Shown here piece by piece: positions 18,885 through 29,407 of a stretch of 64,000 nt of DNA. The DNA is taken from the NCBI GenBank assembly GCA_020445565.1, contig JAGRGI010000081.1, positions 4,412-68,411 of the forward strand. The letters are read 5' to 3'. The number at the start of each line of letters is the position of its first letter. Position 1 is the stretch's first letter. Source of the stretch: Chromatiales bacterium. GTDB taxonomy: Bacteria; Pseudomonadota; Gammaproteobacteria; JAGRCI01. Under the pieces are notes generated by a model that had not been told where the DNA came from, did no database searches, and saw only the letters and a program-made list of their open reading frames with translations. The position numbers and the translations under genes were made by a program.

Positions 18885-19889
18885 CTATCGAAAATGCCAG
18901 TTGGCGCCGATTTCGTCGGCATACAGACGATTCTCGGCGATCTCGCGCAGGTACAACGATTCCATCAGTTGGGCGAAATTGCGGTAGCGGCGGAAGCCGT
19001 CGTACATGCCCTTGCTCAGCCACGCCTCCCACTCGCCGTGCTCATCCACCACCGCCGGGTTGAGCATCACGATGCCGCGCACGTCGCTGAACTCGCCGCA
19101 GATCACCAGGGCGCCGGGGATGTACTCGCGGCGCATGTCGGTGAGCGGGTCCTGGCTGGCGCTGTAGTTGAAGTAGCGCTCGTCCGGGACCGGGTCGTCG
19201 GGAACGAATTCACCAGCCATGTCCACCATCCACTCCTGGTACTCGGTGTTGCGCAAATAGTCGATGCGGTCGACCCAGGTTAGGTAGATGTCGCCCAGTA
19301 CCCAGCCGTTGGTCAGGCGCAGGAATTCCTTATACGACGGCGGCAGGGTCGCACCCAGGCGTTGCTCGGCGGCGCGGATCTGCTCATCGGTGGCCGGCGG
19401 GCGGCCGGAGGAGCTGTTGCGGATGATGTCGCCCCAGGAGAAGATGTCGACCAGGGTGTCGGGGCGTCGGCGTTTCATTGAGGCGAAATCTTCTCGGTAG
19501 AATTGCGTGAGCAACTCCGCAGCTTGCATGGCTAGGCGCCGGCCCTCCGGCGTGTTTCCGGGATACGGTATGCGGCCCCGATGAAGTTCTCGCGGCAAAT
19601 GCACGCCCGTTCGCTCTTCATATGCCGCGAGCTCCTCGTCCAGCGGGGTCACCATCTTGCCCTCCCAGAGCAAAATGGCGCGGGTAATCTCCAATAGTTC
19701 AAAGTCCCAGTCTTCAAGGAACTTCTTCCAACCTACTCTGGCAATGGAAACCGGTTCCGGGAGGTAAGCGGTCGCCTTCTGCATCCAGATGCGTCGGGCA
19801 GTGGGGTCTTCGGGGTTCATACAGGCCACCAGAGTAAATGTAAAGAATATGACGCGAAGCAATCGGAGTCGACAGATTGGCGTCGACAT
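18885..19889 (-). CDS. SUKH-1 (SMI1/KNR4) family immunity-like lipoprotein
   Basis: Internal ATG at 19889, 14 nt after the toxin stop, with lipoprotein signal MSTPICRLRLLRVIFFTFTLVAC (lipobox LVAC). C-terminal SUKH motifs ATDEQIRAAEQRLGATLPPSYKEFLRLTNGW and ...ALVICGEFSD. The tracker's longer ORF overlaps the upstream toxin gene in another frame. Confidence 0.65.
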   Translation of the reverse strand: MSTPICRLRLLRVIFFTFTLVACMNPEDPTARRIWMQKATAYLPEPVSIARVGWKKFLEDWDFELLEITRAILLWEGKMVTPLDEELAAYEERTGVHLPRELHRGRIPYPGNTPEGRRLAMQAAELLTQFYREDFASMKRRRPDTLVDIFSWGDIIRNSSSGRPPATDEQIRAAEQRLGATLPPSYKEFLRLTNGWVLGDIYLTWVDRIDYLRNTEYQEWMVDMAGEFVPDDPVPDERYFNYSASQDPLTDMRREYIPGALVICGEFSDVRGIVMLNPAVVDEHGEWEAWLSKGMYDGFRRYRNFAQLMESLYLREIAENRLYADEIGANWHFR

Positions 19890-19902
19890 GCCGGCCCCGT
19901 AC

Positions 19903-22900
19903 CTAACGCCTCCCATAGCAGACCTCCCCGCCGGGCAGTGCACCGTGGGTAACGGAACCCTCGGACAAATCCGTGCGAACCTCGTAGGGGTCGTTTGCAG
20001 AGATTCGACATTTGGCATAGAACTGCCGGAGGGTCCCGCCCTGGGCTTGGTTTTGACGGCGGGGCACCAGTCGCAGCGATACTCCGTCGGTGATGCCGAC
20101 CCCAGCCCCTTGGCGGGTGGAATAGAATGGATACTCGTCGCAATCGGGCTCGACATCATTCTTGTCCTTAAACTGGTCCCGATTGTTCCTGCTACACACA
20201 ATCTCCTTCCGATACCAAGTCCGATCCCCACCTGAGTCGTCCCCGTTGTCGACATTGGCCGTGATGGTCCCGATCGATGAGGTATAACCAAGGAACTCCA
20301 GCGTGCTGGGCGACCCACCGGCTTGGGCGTCCTGGACATGTGAGGTGATCTCGGTCATCGGCGTCAAACGGGTAGATTGTGAGGCCGACACGTAGACCTT
20401 GCAGTCGCCTTCGTCTGCCATGGCGGTGGCGGTACTCGCGGCGCCGAGGGGCAAGCTCCAGCGCCCGAGCTCGCGCAGAATCGGTAAAAAGAAACGGGCA
20501 AGGACGGCCAACGCGGGGGCAAGTGCGCCTCCCGCGGCACCTCCAGACGCCACTATTATGGCAAGAAGCACAATGGCGGCGATGATGGCCCACCACGGTA
20601 TCCGCACCCCGACCCGTTCTCCGTCTCCCGAATCGATAGAACAGGACGGCTGTTGCCCAAATGAAGGCGGTACCTCGAGCGGTCGCACAAAGCCGACGAA
20701 ATTGCCCATTCCCACGAGTGCCAACGACTTGTCCAATTCGCTCTGTGCGGCTCCGCCGTTGCTCCCGCCGCGAATGCGGTAGGCGCCCGCCCCGGTCTGC
20801 GGATCGATGAGCAAATAACCCTCGCCACGCCAGTCACCCGATTGGATCTGACCGGCACTCACCAGGGCCTGATGGCCGTTGGCGACGTGGAAACGCAGAT
20901 CCTCCCGTGTCTCGGGCGACAACGACAGCGTTGGGAGCACGCTTTCCAGGTTGTTTTCGGTCAGAGAGTGCAGGCGCTGCCCCTGCCGTTGGGCCAGGGC
21001 TAGGGCACTTACGGCGGAGACGCTGGTGGCAGGGTAGTCGGCGTTACCGATATATGCGACGGGTACCTCGTATTCCAGGGCCGACCCGATGGAGCCCAGG
21101 ATCTCGCGCAAGCGGGGCTCGTCCAAGTCGCCGCCGGCAAGCGGCACGACGGTTTCGCCCAGGTAGTCGATATCCACCGCCACACCACCCAAGTTCACGT
21201 TGCGCGGTGCGCCCAGAACGATCTCGGCATCCAGTTCGGTCGAGAAGGTGCCAAAAGACGGGTGGCGGTAGGTGACGCCCAGCCCCATCAAGGACAGGGT
21301 CTCCAGCGCTGCGTCCACATTCGCGAACCAGCTGCGGGCCATGCTGGGGAAAACGTTCTCTGGATCGTTGTACACGCTGTCGGTCAATTCCTGCGCGGGG
21401 ATGGAGCCGGGATTCACGGCGAGATACAGCCACTCGCCGGCATCGGGCTGGTTGACGGCCACTGCCTGGCCGCCGCCGAGTCGGTCGATGGTGGTCACGC
21501 TTACCAGAGCCTGGCCCAGGGTGTAGGGACCGGCACTGGCGACGACCTGGCTGTCTAGCCGCAGCTCGGCGATCAGCCGAATGCGGTGGCCGGGCAGGCG
21601 GCGGGGCAGATCTCGGAAGGTGGCCGTGGAATCGCTGGGATCGGGCAGTTGTTCCTCAATGAGCCGGCGATCGGCATCGCTCGCGGGGCGATAGCGCAAT
21701 TGCAACTGTCGCCCAACCAGTTCCGGGAGAGCGATCCGGTGGTACAGCTGGGGGATCTCGTGGGTGCGCTCGGCCTCGTTTCGATACAGGGCGAAGGAAA
21801 AGGCGATGCGGGCGCTGTCCGGCAGTTCAGAGGCCACGGCAAGGTCTTGATGGCCGGAGCCCATGAGGCCGGATGGGAGGACGGGAAAGTCCATACGTGC
21901 GATGGCGCGGCCTCGCCAGGATTGCTCCTCGTCGAAAACGGCGTCCGCGAGGGAGTCCTCCCAACGGGGTAGGAGACTGGCGAAGTCCACCTGTTCCAAA
22001 CCTTCAATGGCCCCGTCAGCCGGATTGATACTCAAACCGGACAACGCCGTGCGTATCTCCTCGCGCACGGACTCAACCGCCGGATTCTGGAGGTCTGGTG
22101 CGGCAGAGTACTCGTATCGCTTCAGGCTGGCGTCAAGCGGCAGCCAAGTGTCCCCCTCCCTTTGAACGGCGCCTCGTGAGGGAAAGTAGTCGATCCACGC
22201 CTCCACCCAGACATGTTCGAGACGGATGGCGACGATCCGCCCGCCACTCGCCAAACCGGAGGCCGGGATGCCGCCTTGGCCGAGCACAGCCAAAACCTGC
22301 TCAGGGCGTTCGACCCCACCTAGCCAGTTCATGGCCAGATCCACCGGCAGATCGATGGTGCCGAATCGGTAGCGGGCCTGGATGCCAGCGACCCGGTACA
22401 AAGCAACCAGCAGACTGCTGATGTCGAAGGCGTTGCCTTGGCCCGTCTGGAGCGTGTAGTCGGCACCCTGGATGGAACCCCAGGTGGGCACATAGTCGAT
22501 CTGGTTGCGTACCCAGTTGTAGATCGCCACTGGCTGGTTGCCGAGTTGCTCGGCAAGTTGACGTATGGCCGGAGTAAAACGCACCTCGGTGCTCTCCCCG
22601 AGATAGTCCTCACCGCCAATCGCCTGTTTTTCAGGTGCGGAAGTCGGTGGCAACATCGCATTCCGGTACACCTTCAGTTCGGTAGCCGAGTTGGCCGGTT
22701 TTCGTGCTTCGGGGACGATCTGACCGAAGGCAAGCGGCGGCTTACCCGCCATGGGGATAGCGGGAATCGGGACCTCGGCCTGAGCCACCGATTTCTCATT
22801 CGCGGCATGCACCGGGCCGAGGAGTGCGCAGTTGAATATCTCCAGGGTCAGCAGAGCGACGAACTTGAAAAACCGGCGGTTCGGATTCAACCAGGCCACG

Positions 22901-22977
22901 CATCGCCAAGCCGATGTCCGTTCGGTGTCTACGGCTGCGGCGTGGGTGGCTCGATGACGATAGGTCGACGTATTCAT
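19903..22977 (-). CDS. Polymorphic-toxin-like secreted protein: signal peptide, transglutaminase-like domain lacking the catalytic Cys, long central region, one TM helix, and a C-terminal NucA/NucB-type DNase domain
   Basis: Transglutaminase-like core GQGNAFDISSLLVALYRVAGIQARYRFG...EHVWVEAWIDY...WLPLDAS, with no Cys in the catalytic motif. TM helix WWAIIAAIVLLAIIVASGG. C-terminal DCDEYPFYSTRQGAGV...LRLVPRRQNQAQGG resembles the NucB motifs DRDEWPMA..GGAG..VRYVTPSDNRGAGS. The ATG overlaps the stop of the upstream giant gene (ATGA). Confidence 0.65.
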   Translation of the reverse strand: MNTSTYRHRATHAAAVDTERTSAWRCVAWLNPNRRFFKFVALLTLEIFNCALLGPVHAANEKSVAQAEVPIPAIPMAGKPPLAFGQIVPEARKPANSATELKVYRNAMLPPTSAPEKQAIGGEDYLGESTEVRFTPAIRQLAEQLGNQPVAIYNWVRNQIDYVPTWGSIQGADYTLQTGQGNAFDISSLLVALYRVAGIQARYRFGTIDLPVDLAMNWLGGVERPEQVLAVLGQGGIPASGLASGGRIVAIRLEHVWVEAWIDYFPSRGAVQREGDTWLPLDASLKRYEYSAAPDLQNPAVESVREEIRTALSGLSINPADGAIEGLEQVDFASLLPRWEDSLADAVFDEEQSWRGRAIARMDFPVLPSGLMGSGHQDLAVASELPDSARIAFSFALYRNEAERTHEIPQLYHRIALPELVGRQLQLRYRPASDADRRLIEEQLPDPSDSTATFRDLPRRLPGHRIRLIAELRLDSQVVASAGPYTLGQALVSVTTIDRLGGGQAVAVNQPDAGEWLYLAVNPGSIPAQELTDSVYNDPENVFPSMARSWFANVDAALETLSLMGLGVTYRHPSFGTFSTELDAEIVLGAPRNVNLGGVAVDIDYLGETVVPLAGGDLDEPRLREILGSIGSALEYEVPVAYIGNADYPATSVSAVSALALAQRQGQRLHSLTENNLESVLPTLSLSPETREDLRFHVANGHQALVSAGQIQSGDWRGEGYLLIDPQTGAGAYRIRGGSNGGAAQSELDKSLALVGMGNFVGFVRPLEVPPSFGQQPSCSIDSGDGERVGVRIPWWAIIAAIVLLAIIVASGGAAGGALAPALAVLARFFLPILRELGRWSLPLGAASTATAMADEGDCKVYVSASQSTRLTPMTEITSHVQDAQAGGSPSTLEFLGYTSSIGTITANVDNGDDSGGDRTWYRKEIVCSRNNRDQFKDKNDVEPDCDEYPFYSTRQGAGVGITDGVSLRLVPRRQNQAQGGTLRQFYAKCRISANDPYEVRTDLSEGSVTHGALPGGEVCYGRR

Positions 22978-25900
22978 CGACGGGGGCCTCCTTGCGGATG
23001 GGTAACGGTTCGGTGTCGCAGGCCGATCCAGACGGTCATCAGGATCAGCAACGCCAGGTTGGCGGAGTTCAACAGCGGCACGGCGAGAGGTTCGACTATG
23101 CCTTGGGGCAGGACAACCTGGAAATAGGCATAGGACAGGGTCTGCCAGTCTTCGTCGGCCTTGCGCAGACGACGCGGGTCCGGTGCGGGGCGTGCTTGCA
23201 GCAGACAGGCGTAGTTGCCGGGGGGCAGTTCGGCGGTGTCGATGGCTTCCTGGTGTTCTGGGGCGTCGCCGTTGAGGGTGTCCAGGTTGCGGATTCGATC
23301 GAGCACTACCTCGCCGGTCTCCAGGTTGACGAGCCGCTGACGGATTTCCAGGTTGGTCAGGGTTCCGCCGAGAGTGCTGAGTCGATCCATGCAGGCGTTC
23401 GCCTCGCCGCGGACGACCTGGGGCTTTTCGGTCTCGATCAGGCCGTTCAGGCTGCGATTGAAGGCTTGGGCGACGGTAAAGCCGGCCTCGTCGGTGGCAA
23501 GCAGGCCGAACCGGATATCCACGGCCTGGGCATGAACCTGGTAGGCGCCGGGTTCGGCTCCCGAAAGGGGTAGCGTCAGGCCATGTGGGGTTTGTTGGCC
23601 TGGGGCGAGTTGGCCAATGGGAATGCCTTGCCGCAGGATATCCGTACCCCGGGGATCGACTACCTGGACCTGCAAGGTAATGTCGGAAAACAGTGCGTCC
23701 GTACTGAGATTTCGCAACAGGTTGTCGATACGCACCAGGTCGTTGGCGTTGTACTCGGCCCGGTCGGTGGTGGTGCGCAGACTGGCTTGCCGGTCGGCGA
23801 GCAGGGTCGAGACGATTTGGAAGGGGGCGAGGTCTTCGTCGATCGGTTCGCCACGGTCGTCATACAGCAGACCGTGCAGTTGGTAGTCTCCGGTCAGGAT
23901 GCCGTTGGCGGGCCAGTCGACGCCGATGGGATGGCTGGTCCCCACGCTAAGATTTTCCAGATCCACGTCGTCGAAGCGGGTCACGACTTGGCCGTTGCTG
24001 TCTTCCACTTGCAGTACGGCGGTAAAGGTTCCGCTAAGTGCGCCGGTATTTAAGATGAGGGCACTGAGGTGAGCGGTGGCGTCCGAGGTGTAAGTCGGGG
24101 CATCGGTGGCGACGGTGAGGCTCCCGACCGTGGCGAGCGTCGCCAGGGGGATGGCCATTTGGTTGTTGACCTCGTTGCATTCGTCGATGGCATTGGCGGC
24201 ATCGACGACGACGTAGAGCTCGTTCTGGTTGAACAGTTCTACGGCATCGAGCGAAAGGTCACGATATTCGCCCACCGCCAGGGGCGCGACGATTTGGTCG
24301 CCGAGCAGGATTCCGCCGACGGCCGGATCGCCTTGATAAAAGGTCAGGCGGGCCTCGCCGGTGGGGGTAAGGCCGCCGTTGCCCACGCGTACCGTCAGAC
24401 GGGGACGCGCTTGCGAGGTCTGATCGAAGCGCAACAGGGATACGCTCAGATCCGGCAGGGCCAGTGGATCGCGGCCGGGGAAGGCGTTGAGGCGATAGGT
24501 ATTGTGGACCAGCCAGGAGGGTTGTTCGTGCGTCGGGATGGTGCCGTCGTCGTTGATGTTGGTGATGTGGTAGCTGTGCTGGTTCCAGATGGCGCGGGTG
24601 GGTGCCCAGTCGTCGTTGGCGGACTCGAAGGCATAGACGCCGGAGTCCACCGCCGGGTTGCCGTTGAAGATTCGTGCATCGGAACAGACCAGCAGTTCGG
24701 CATGGCCATCATTGTCGATGTCGGCGACGACCGGCATCTCCGTGCCGGTTCCAGAGAGCACGGGTCGAGCGTGCAGCACCTGACCATCGCTACCACGGTA
24801 GATACGCAGGAACCGCTCGTCGCGATACACGACTTCTGCGGCTCCGTCCCCGTCGAAGTCGAATGACGTCGAGCCAGTAACGGTAGAACTGTAGTCCTGT
24901 GTCGGCGACGACCAAAGAATGGAGCCGTCGGTGTCGAATACTGTGTAGCTGCTGGCCCCCGCGACAGCGATCTCTGGCCTGCCGTCACCATCAAAATCCG
25001 CAATGGTTGGCGCACCGCCATATCCCCCCCCGGAAGCACAACCCTGCCGCTGATTGCATGCCAAAGGCTCGCACTTGATCCGTCGTGCTCCAACAAATAT
25101 ACGTAGCCACCGCCAACGACCACAATTTCGGCAAAATCATCCTCGTCGAAATTGCCGACTGCGACGAAACCTTCCGGGACACCACTCCCCTCCAACACCA
25201 ATCCGTGACGGTCGTATGAATACACACTGCTCCCGGCAACGATTTCCGGGACGCCATCGAGATCGACATCCGCCACAGCAGAAACAACGGTATACAGGTT
25301 GAATCCCGAGTGACCTCCGAGGGCTCTGCCATCGGCGAGAACGTGTCCCTGGGCATCGTAAACGACCGCACCGACCACGATTTCCGGGACGCCATCGGCG
25401 TCCAGGTCGGCAATGACAATCGATCCGCCGGAGTCAGAGCGACCGGGCAAAGTCAGCTCGTCGCTCGCCCATTTGAATGTCAGGTCATTCTCGAAGGCGA
25501 GAAGCTGTTTGCCATTTTGGGAAGCGCCGATCACTTCCGGCACGCCATCGCCATCGATGTCGCCAATGGCAAGTTCGGTGATTGCCCCAACCAATTGATT
25601 GGGTGGGCTGGTGTACAGGGTTCTCCCGTCGTCTCCGCTTATCGCATAGATCTGACCGCCGTTGAATTGTCCATTTGGTACGGTGGGAAACACAATGTCG
25701 GGGACATCGCGAACACCGATGTGCCCATCGCCGTTGTCGTCGGTAAGATTTGCGACTAGGGGCGTGGAGATGACATCAATCCGCTCGTTCTCAAGGGCAT
25801 GAAATTTTACGACCGGATCGAATGTTCCAGGCGGCGATACTGGCAACCGGCACAGAGCAGACGAACTACCGACGTTATTCCCCTCCTCCGCCTCATCGAT

Positions 25901-28900
25901 CCGCAAGTCGCTGTCGACCATGGCAAAGATGGGCGCATCACGGAAACGGGTCGTGCCGTTGACGAGGATGTCGATGGTCAGCGACGCGCCACCGGCCAAC
26001 CCATTCGGCAGGGTTCGGGCGGCCAGGGCATTATCGGTGCCGGGATCGTATCGGCCGTTGCCGTTGAGGTCTTCGAACAGGCTGACACGCGCCGGCAGTT
26101 CGGCCGCGGCCAGGGCGAGGTTTTCCACACGGACTTGGACGATACCGCTGATGTCAAGCGTGCGTGGATCGCTTTGCAGGCCTGCGGTATCGATGGCGGA
26201 AACCGTCAAGTCTGGTTTGGGGCGGTAGGAGCCGATGGAGACATGAACGGTGTCATTATCCACGCAACCCCGGTCGTCGATCACAAACAGGGTGACGTCC
26301 CGTTCCTGCGCGGAGGTGAACCGGTGCTGCGCGCTCGCCCCGGTGATGTCGATCTCGTTGTCGCCGTCCAAGTCCCAGGCGTAGGTGACGATGTTGCCCT
26401 GGGAGGCGCTAGCGTTGAATTGGATAGCGGTTTGCGCATCGGCAACGATATCCTGCCCTGCGTCAGCGGTTGGCTTTTCTGCGCAACGCATTCCGCCAAC
26501 GGCGTCAATTTCAGCATCGGCGGACTGCCAACCTTCGAGCGGACTATGGTCGTCTACGTCGCTCCAACTGGTACGGTCTTGGGTGTCAAAAATCGAGATG
26601 GAATTATCCGCCTTCAGGCGAACATACCGATACCCCGTGCCACGAAAGGCGTACAGTCCGGCGTAGTCATCGATGTTTGCCGTTTCGCCGCATAGGGCAC
26701 GATTGTCCGACCAGCCTTGAACGTAAATGCTGACCAAAGTCGCCTGCGTCCAACCGTCCGGGAAAATCGATTCCGGATCGTCAGATCCCCAAATGGTGTA
26801 CTCAACACCTTCCTGCGGATAGGGGGCATGATCTACGAAGGGAAATACCGTAACGGCAAAGAATCGCTCACCCATATCCCAGATAACGTCGTTGTCGTCG
26901 GATGTCGATTCGAGCGGATCAAAAGGATCATAGCCAGCGGCCATGGACCGAAAATCAAGACCGTTCGCTGCATACGCAATATCCTGCAAACTATTCTCCC
27001 TGATGGTGTCAAAAGCAAAACCGCACCCCATTGGCGATTGAGCTGTCCAGGTATGAGGGCGTCCTCCCGAAACATGGCGTCCCAGGATATAGTTGTCCGG
27101 CACCAACGCATCGCGCGTCAGACCATGGAGTGTCTGCACGTCCGTGACGACATAGGTCGTCGCACTGTTCTGCAGAACCTCAACGGTAATACTTTCCTGC
27201 GCAATTCCTCCGTAGGCGTCGACCACAGTCACAGCGAAGTCATGGTTACCCACCTGCGCCAAGGTCGGCAGCCAACGAATCTGCCCGGTGTTGGAATCGA
27301 TCTGCATCCCTGCCGGGGCCTCGGCCAAACCGAAACGCAACGCGTCGCCCTCCGGGTCGCTGGCGGCTACGGTATTTAGGTAGGTCTCCCCCACCCGAGC
27401 CTGAGTCGGGGCGGCGGACAGAATCGTCGGCGGTTGATTCGAGGACAGCGGGGCGAAGGCAGCCATGGCCAGGTCCGTCAGGTCGACGACACTCCCCGCC
27501 GGGGCTTGCACGGACAGCGAAACCGGGTGGTAGCCGTTCAGGTTGAACGTAAAATCGAGGTCGCCGGAGGTGATCCCGCCGATCTCGAAGGTGCCGGCGG
27601 CGTCGGATAGGGCGGATGGCCGACCGTCGATGCTGACGGTGACATCCGCCAGGGGGAACCGCGTAACGCTATCGACGACACTGCCGTACACCCGAACCGC
27701 GTCCGCAACCTGCTCAAGACGGGGCGCGAATACCAACACCTCGCCCGCCGCCAGGGTGGCATGACCGGAGGCACTGTGATAACCGTTTCGTTCGGCGACG
27801 ATGTCGATGCTGCCGGTGGACAGGTTGTCGAATGTGAAGCGGCCGTGGGAGTCGGTGAGCACACGGGTTCGGCCGACGATACGGATGTCCACATTGGGCA
27901 AGGGTGCCCCCGAGTGACTGTCGGTGACGGTTCCATACACCCGGGCGGTGGTGACGTCGTGCGTCGGCGTGAGCCGCAGCTCGCCCAGATCGAGCACCTG
28001 TCCGGCGAGCAGGTCCACGGCGGTGGACAGCAGGCCATAGCCGACCCGCTGTACCGTGAGCCGATATTGACCCTCATCGAGGTTCGAAACGACGAACCCG
28101 CCATCGGGATCCGTACCAAGACCCAGATTCTGCGGCCCGGTCAGTTGGAGAGATACCCCGGCCAGGGGCTGGCCAGTAGAGCCGTCGCTCACCTGGCCCC
28201 GCAGCATTCCCTGTTGTGGGTCGATTGCGGGCGAGGCCACATCGGCCAGCGCTCGCAGTGCCAGGGCGGTCTGGTACGCGTCACCGTTCCAACTGCCGTC
28301 GACGTTCTGGGCGGCGCGCAAGCGTTCGATAGCGGGTTCCAACGTTGTCCGATCCGACAAATGGACGGCGAGGAAGAGCAGTGCCAAAGCGGTTTCGTGG
28401 GTCTCGGCCCAGACACCTTGGGCGTTGCGTCGGGCCAGCAGGAAGCCCTCGGCGGCTTGCAGAGCGCTGCGAAGTTCGTAAAGCGGACGGAACCACCACA
28501 AGATACGTGCCACCAGGGCGGTAACGTATATCGAGGAGGCATTGCCGCTTTCGCCCCAGCCCCCATCATCGCGCTGGACGTTCTGTAGATAACCGACGGC
28601 ATAGGCCGCCGCCTCGGTGTGCGTATAGCCGGCTGCGGCCAGACTCTCCAAAGCAAAGGCGGTATCCAGGACGCTGCTGTAGTAGCCGACCGCAAAGCCG
28701 AAACCGCCGTCGACATTTTGGCGACTCAGCAGTTGTGAAACCCACTCAGAAGAGTCCAGGCCGGTTTCCGCGAGCGCAATAATCTGGCGGGACAGGTATT
28801 CAGTGCTCAAGGCATCGGTATCGGCGCCGAGCAGAAAATCGCGGGCTGCCATGCTGGCAGGATCCGCGCCCGACTCCAGCAGCACCAGGGCACGCAGGGA

Positions 28901-29110
28901 CTCTGCCGTAGACTGAGTGGCGGTGGCGACATCGTCGGTCGTTGTGAGACTGCCATCGGGCGAGGAACGGCTGCCCAACCAGGCGATGCCCTCCGCAGTA
29001 CCTGCCCATCCAGGCATCACAGGCAAGCAAACCAATAGACAAAAAAGCAGGGACGCAATCGCGGACGGTTTTCGGCATGGCGGCCGAATCCATGAGTTAC
29101 GGGGTTCCAT
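22974..29110 (-). pseudogene. Giant secreted multidomain surface/adhesin-like protein (~2,040 aa if fused), split into two overlapping ORFs (24446..29542 and 22974..25064) by a frameshift at a homopolymeric G tract
   Basis: N-terminal signal peptide. Prenyltransferase/terpenoid-cyclase-like repeats (QNVDGGFGF, QRDDGGWGE, QNVDGSWNG). Three carboxypeptidase-regulatory-like domains. A cadherin-like 'putative Ig' domain, a PKD domain and two CARDB domains. At least 10 FG-GAP/VCBS repeats (DxDGDGxxE) spanning the frameshift. A C-terminal hydrophobic helix plus basic tail. Likely ATG starts at 29110 or 29125 (after MEPRNSW.../signal); the tracker's 1698-aa ORF begins further upstream at 29542. Confidence 0.6.
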
Positions 29111-29407
29111 AGAGCAGGATTCCATTCGGTTGAAACGACTAATGTCGCGAAGTACACCGCTTTCCCCGTCTGCGGTCAAGACCATTGCGTGTACGAAAAT
29201 TCTTACAAACTCAACATCTTGGGAGAGATAATCTTCGATAGTCAAAACACTGGCGACACAGACGAGGCAGTGCAATTCAAGGAGAATGCCGCCTTGAACG
29301 CGGTGCTTCTTGGCAGGCAATCGAGGTTTGCGTAACGGTGAGATTTTGACTGAAACCCCGGGCCTGCGTTGGCCATGTTGATGTGAGGCCAAGGGCCTGC
29401 ATTGACT

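Noticed and set aside
18885-20339. Full 484-aa tracker ORF for the immunity gene
   Set aside because: Its first 150 codons overlap the toxin gene in another frame and encode low-complexity sequence. An internal ATG with a lipoprotein signal, 14 nt after the toxin stop, fits better.
23500-29100. Possible alpha-2-macroglobulin/thioester domain in the giant protein (prenyltransferase-like alpha/alpha-toroid repeats)
   Set aside because: I found no CGEQ/CLEQ-type thioester motif, so I call it only a prenyltransferase/terpenoid-cyclase-like repeat region.
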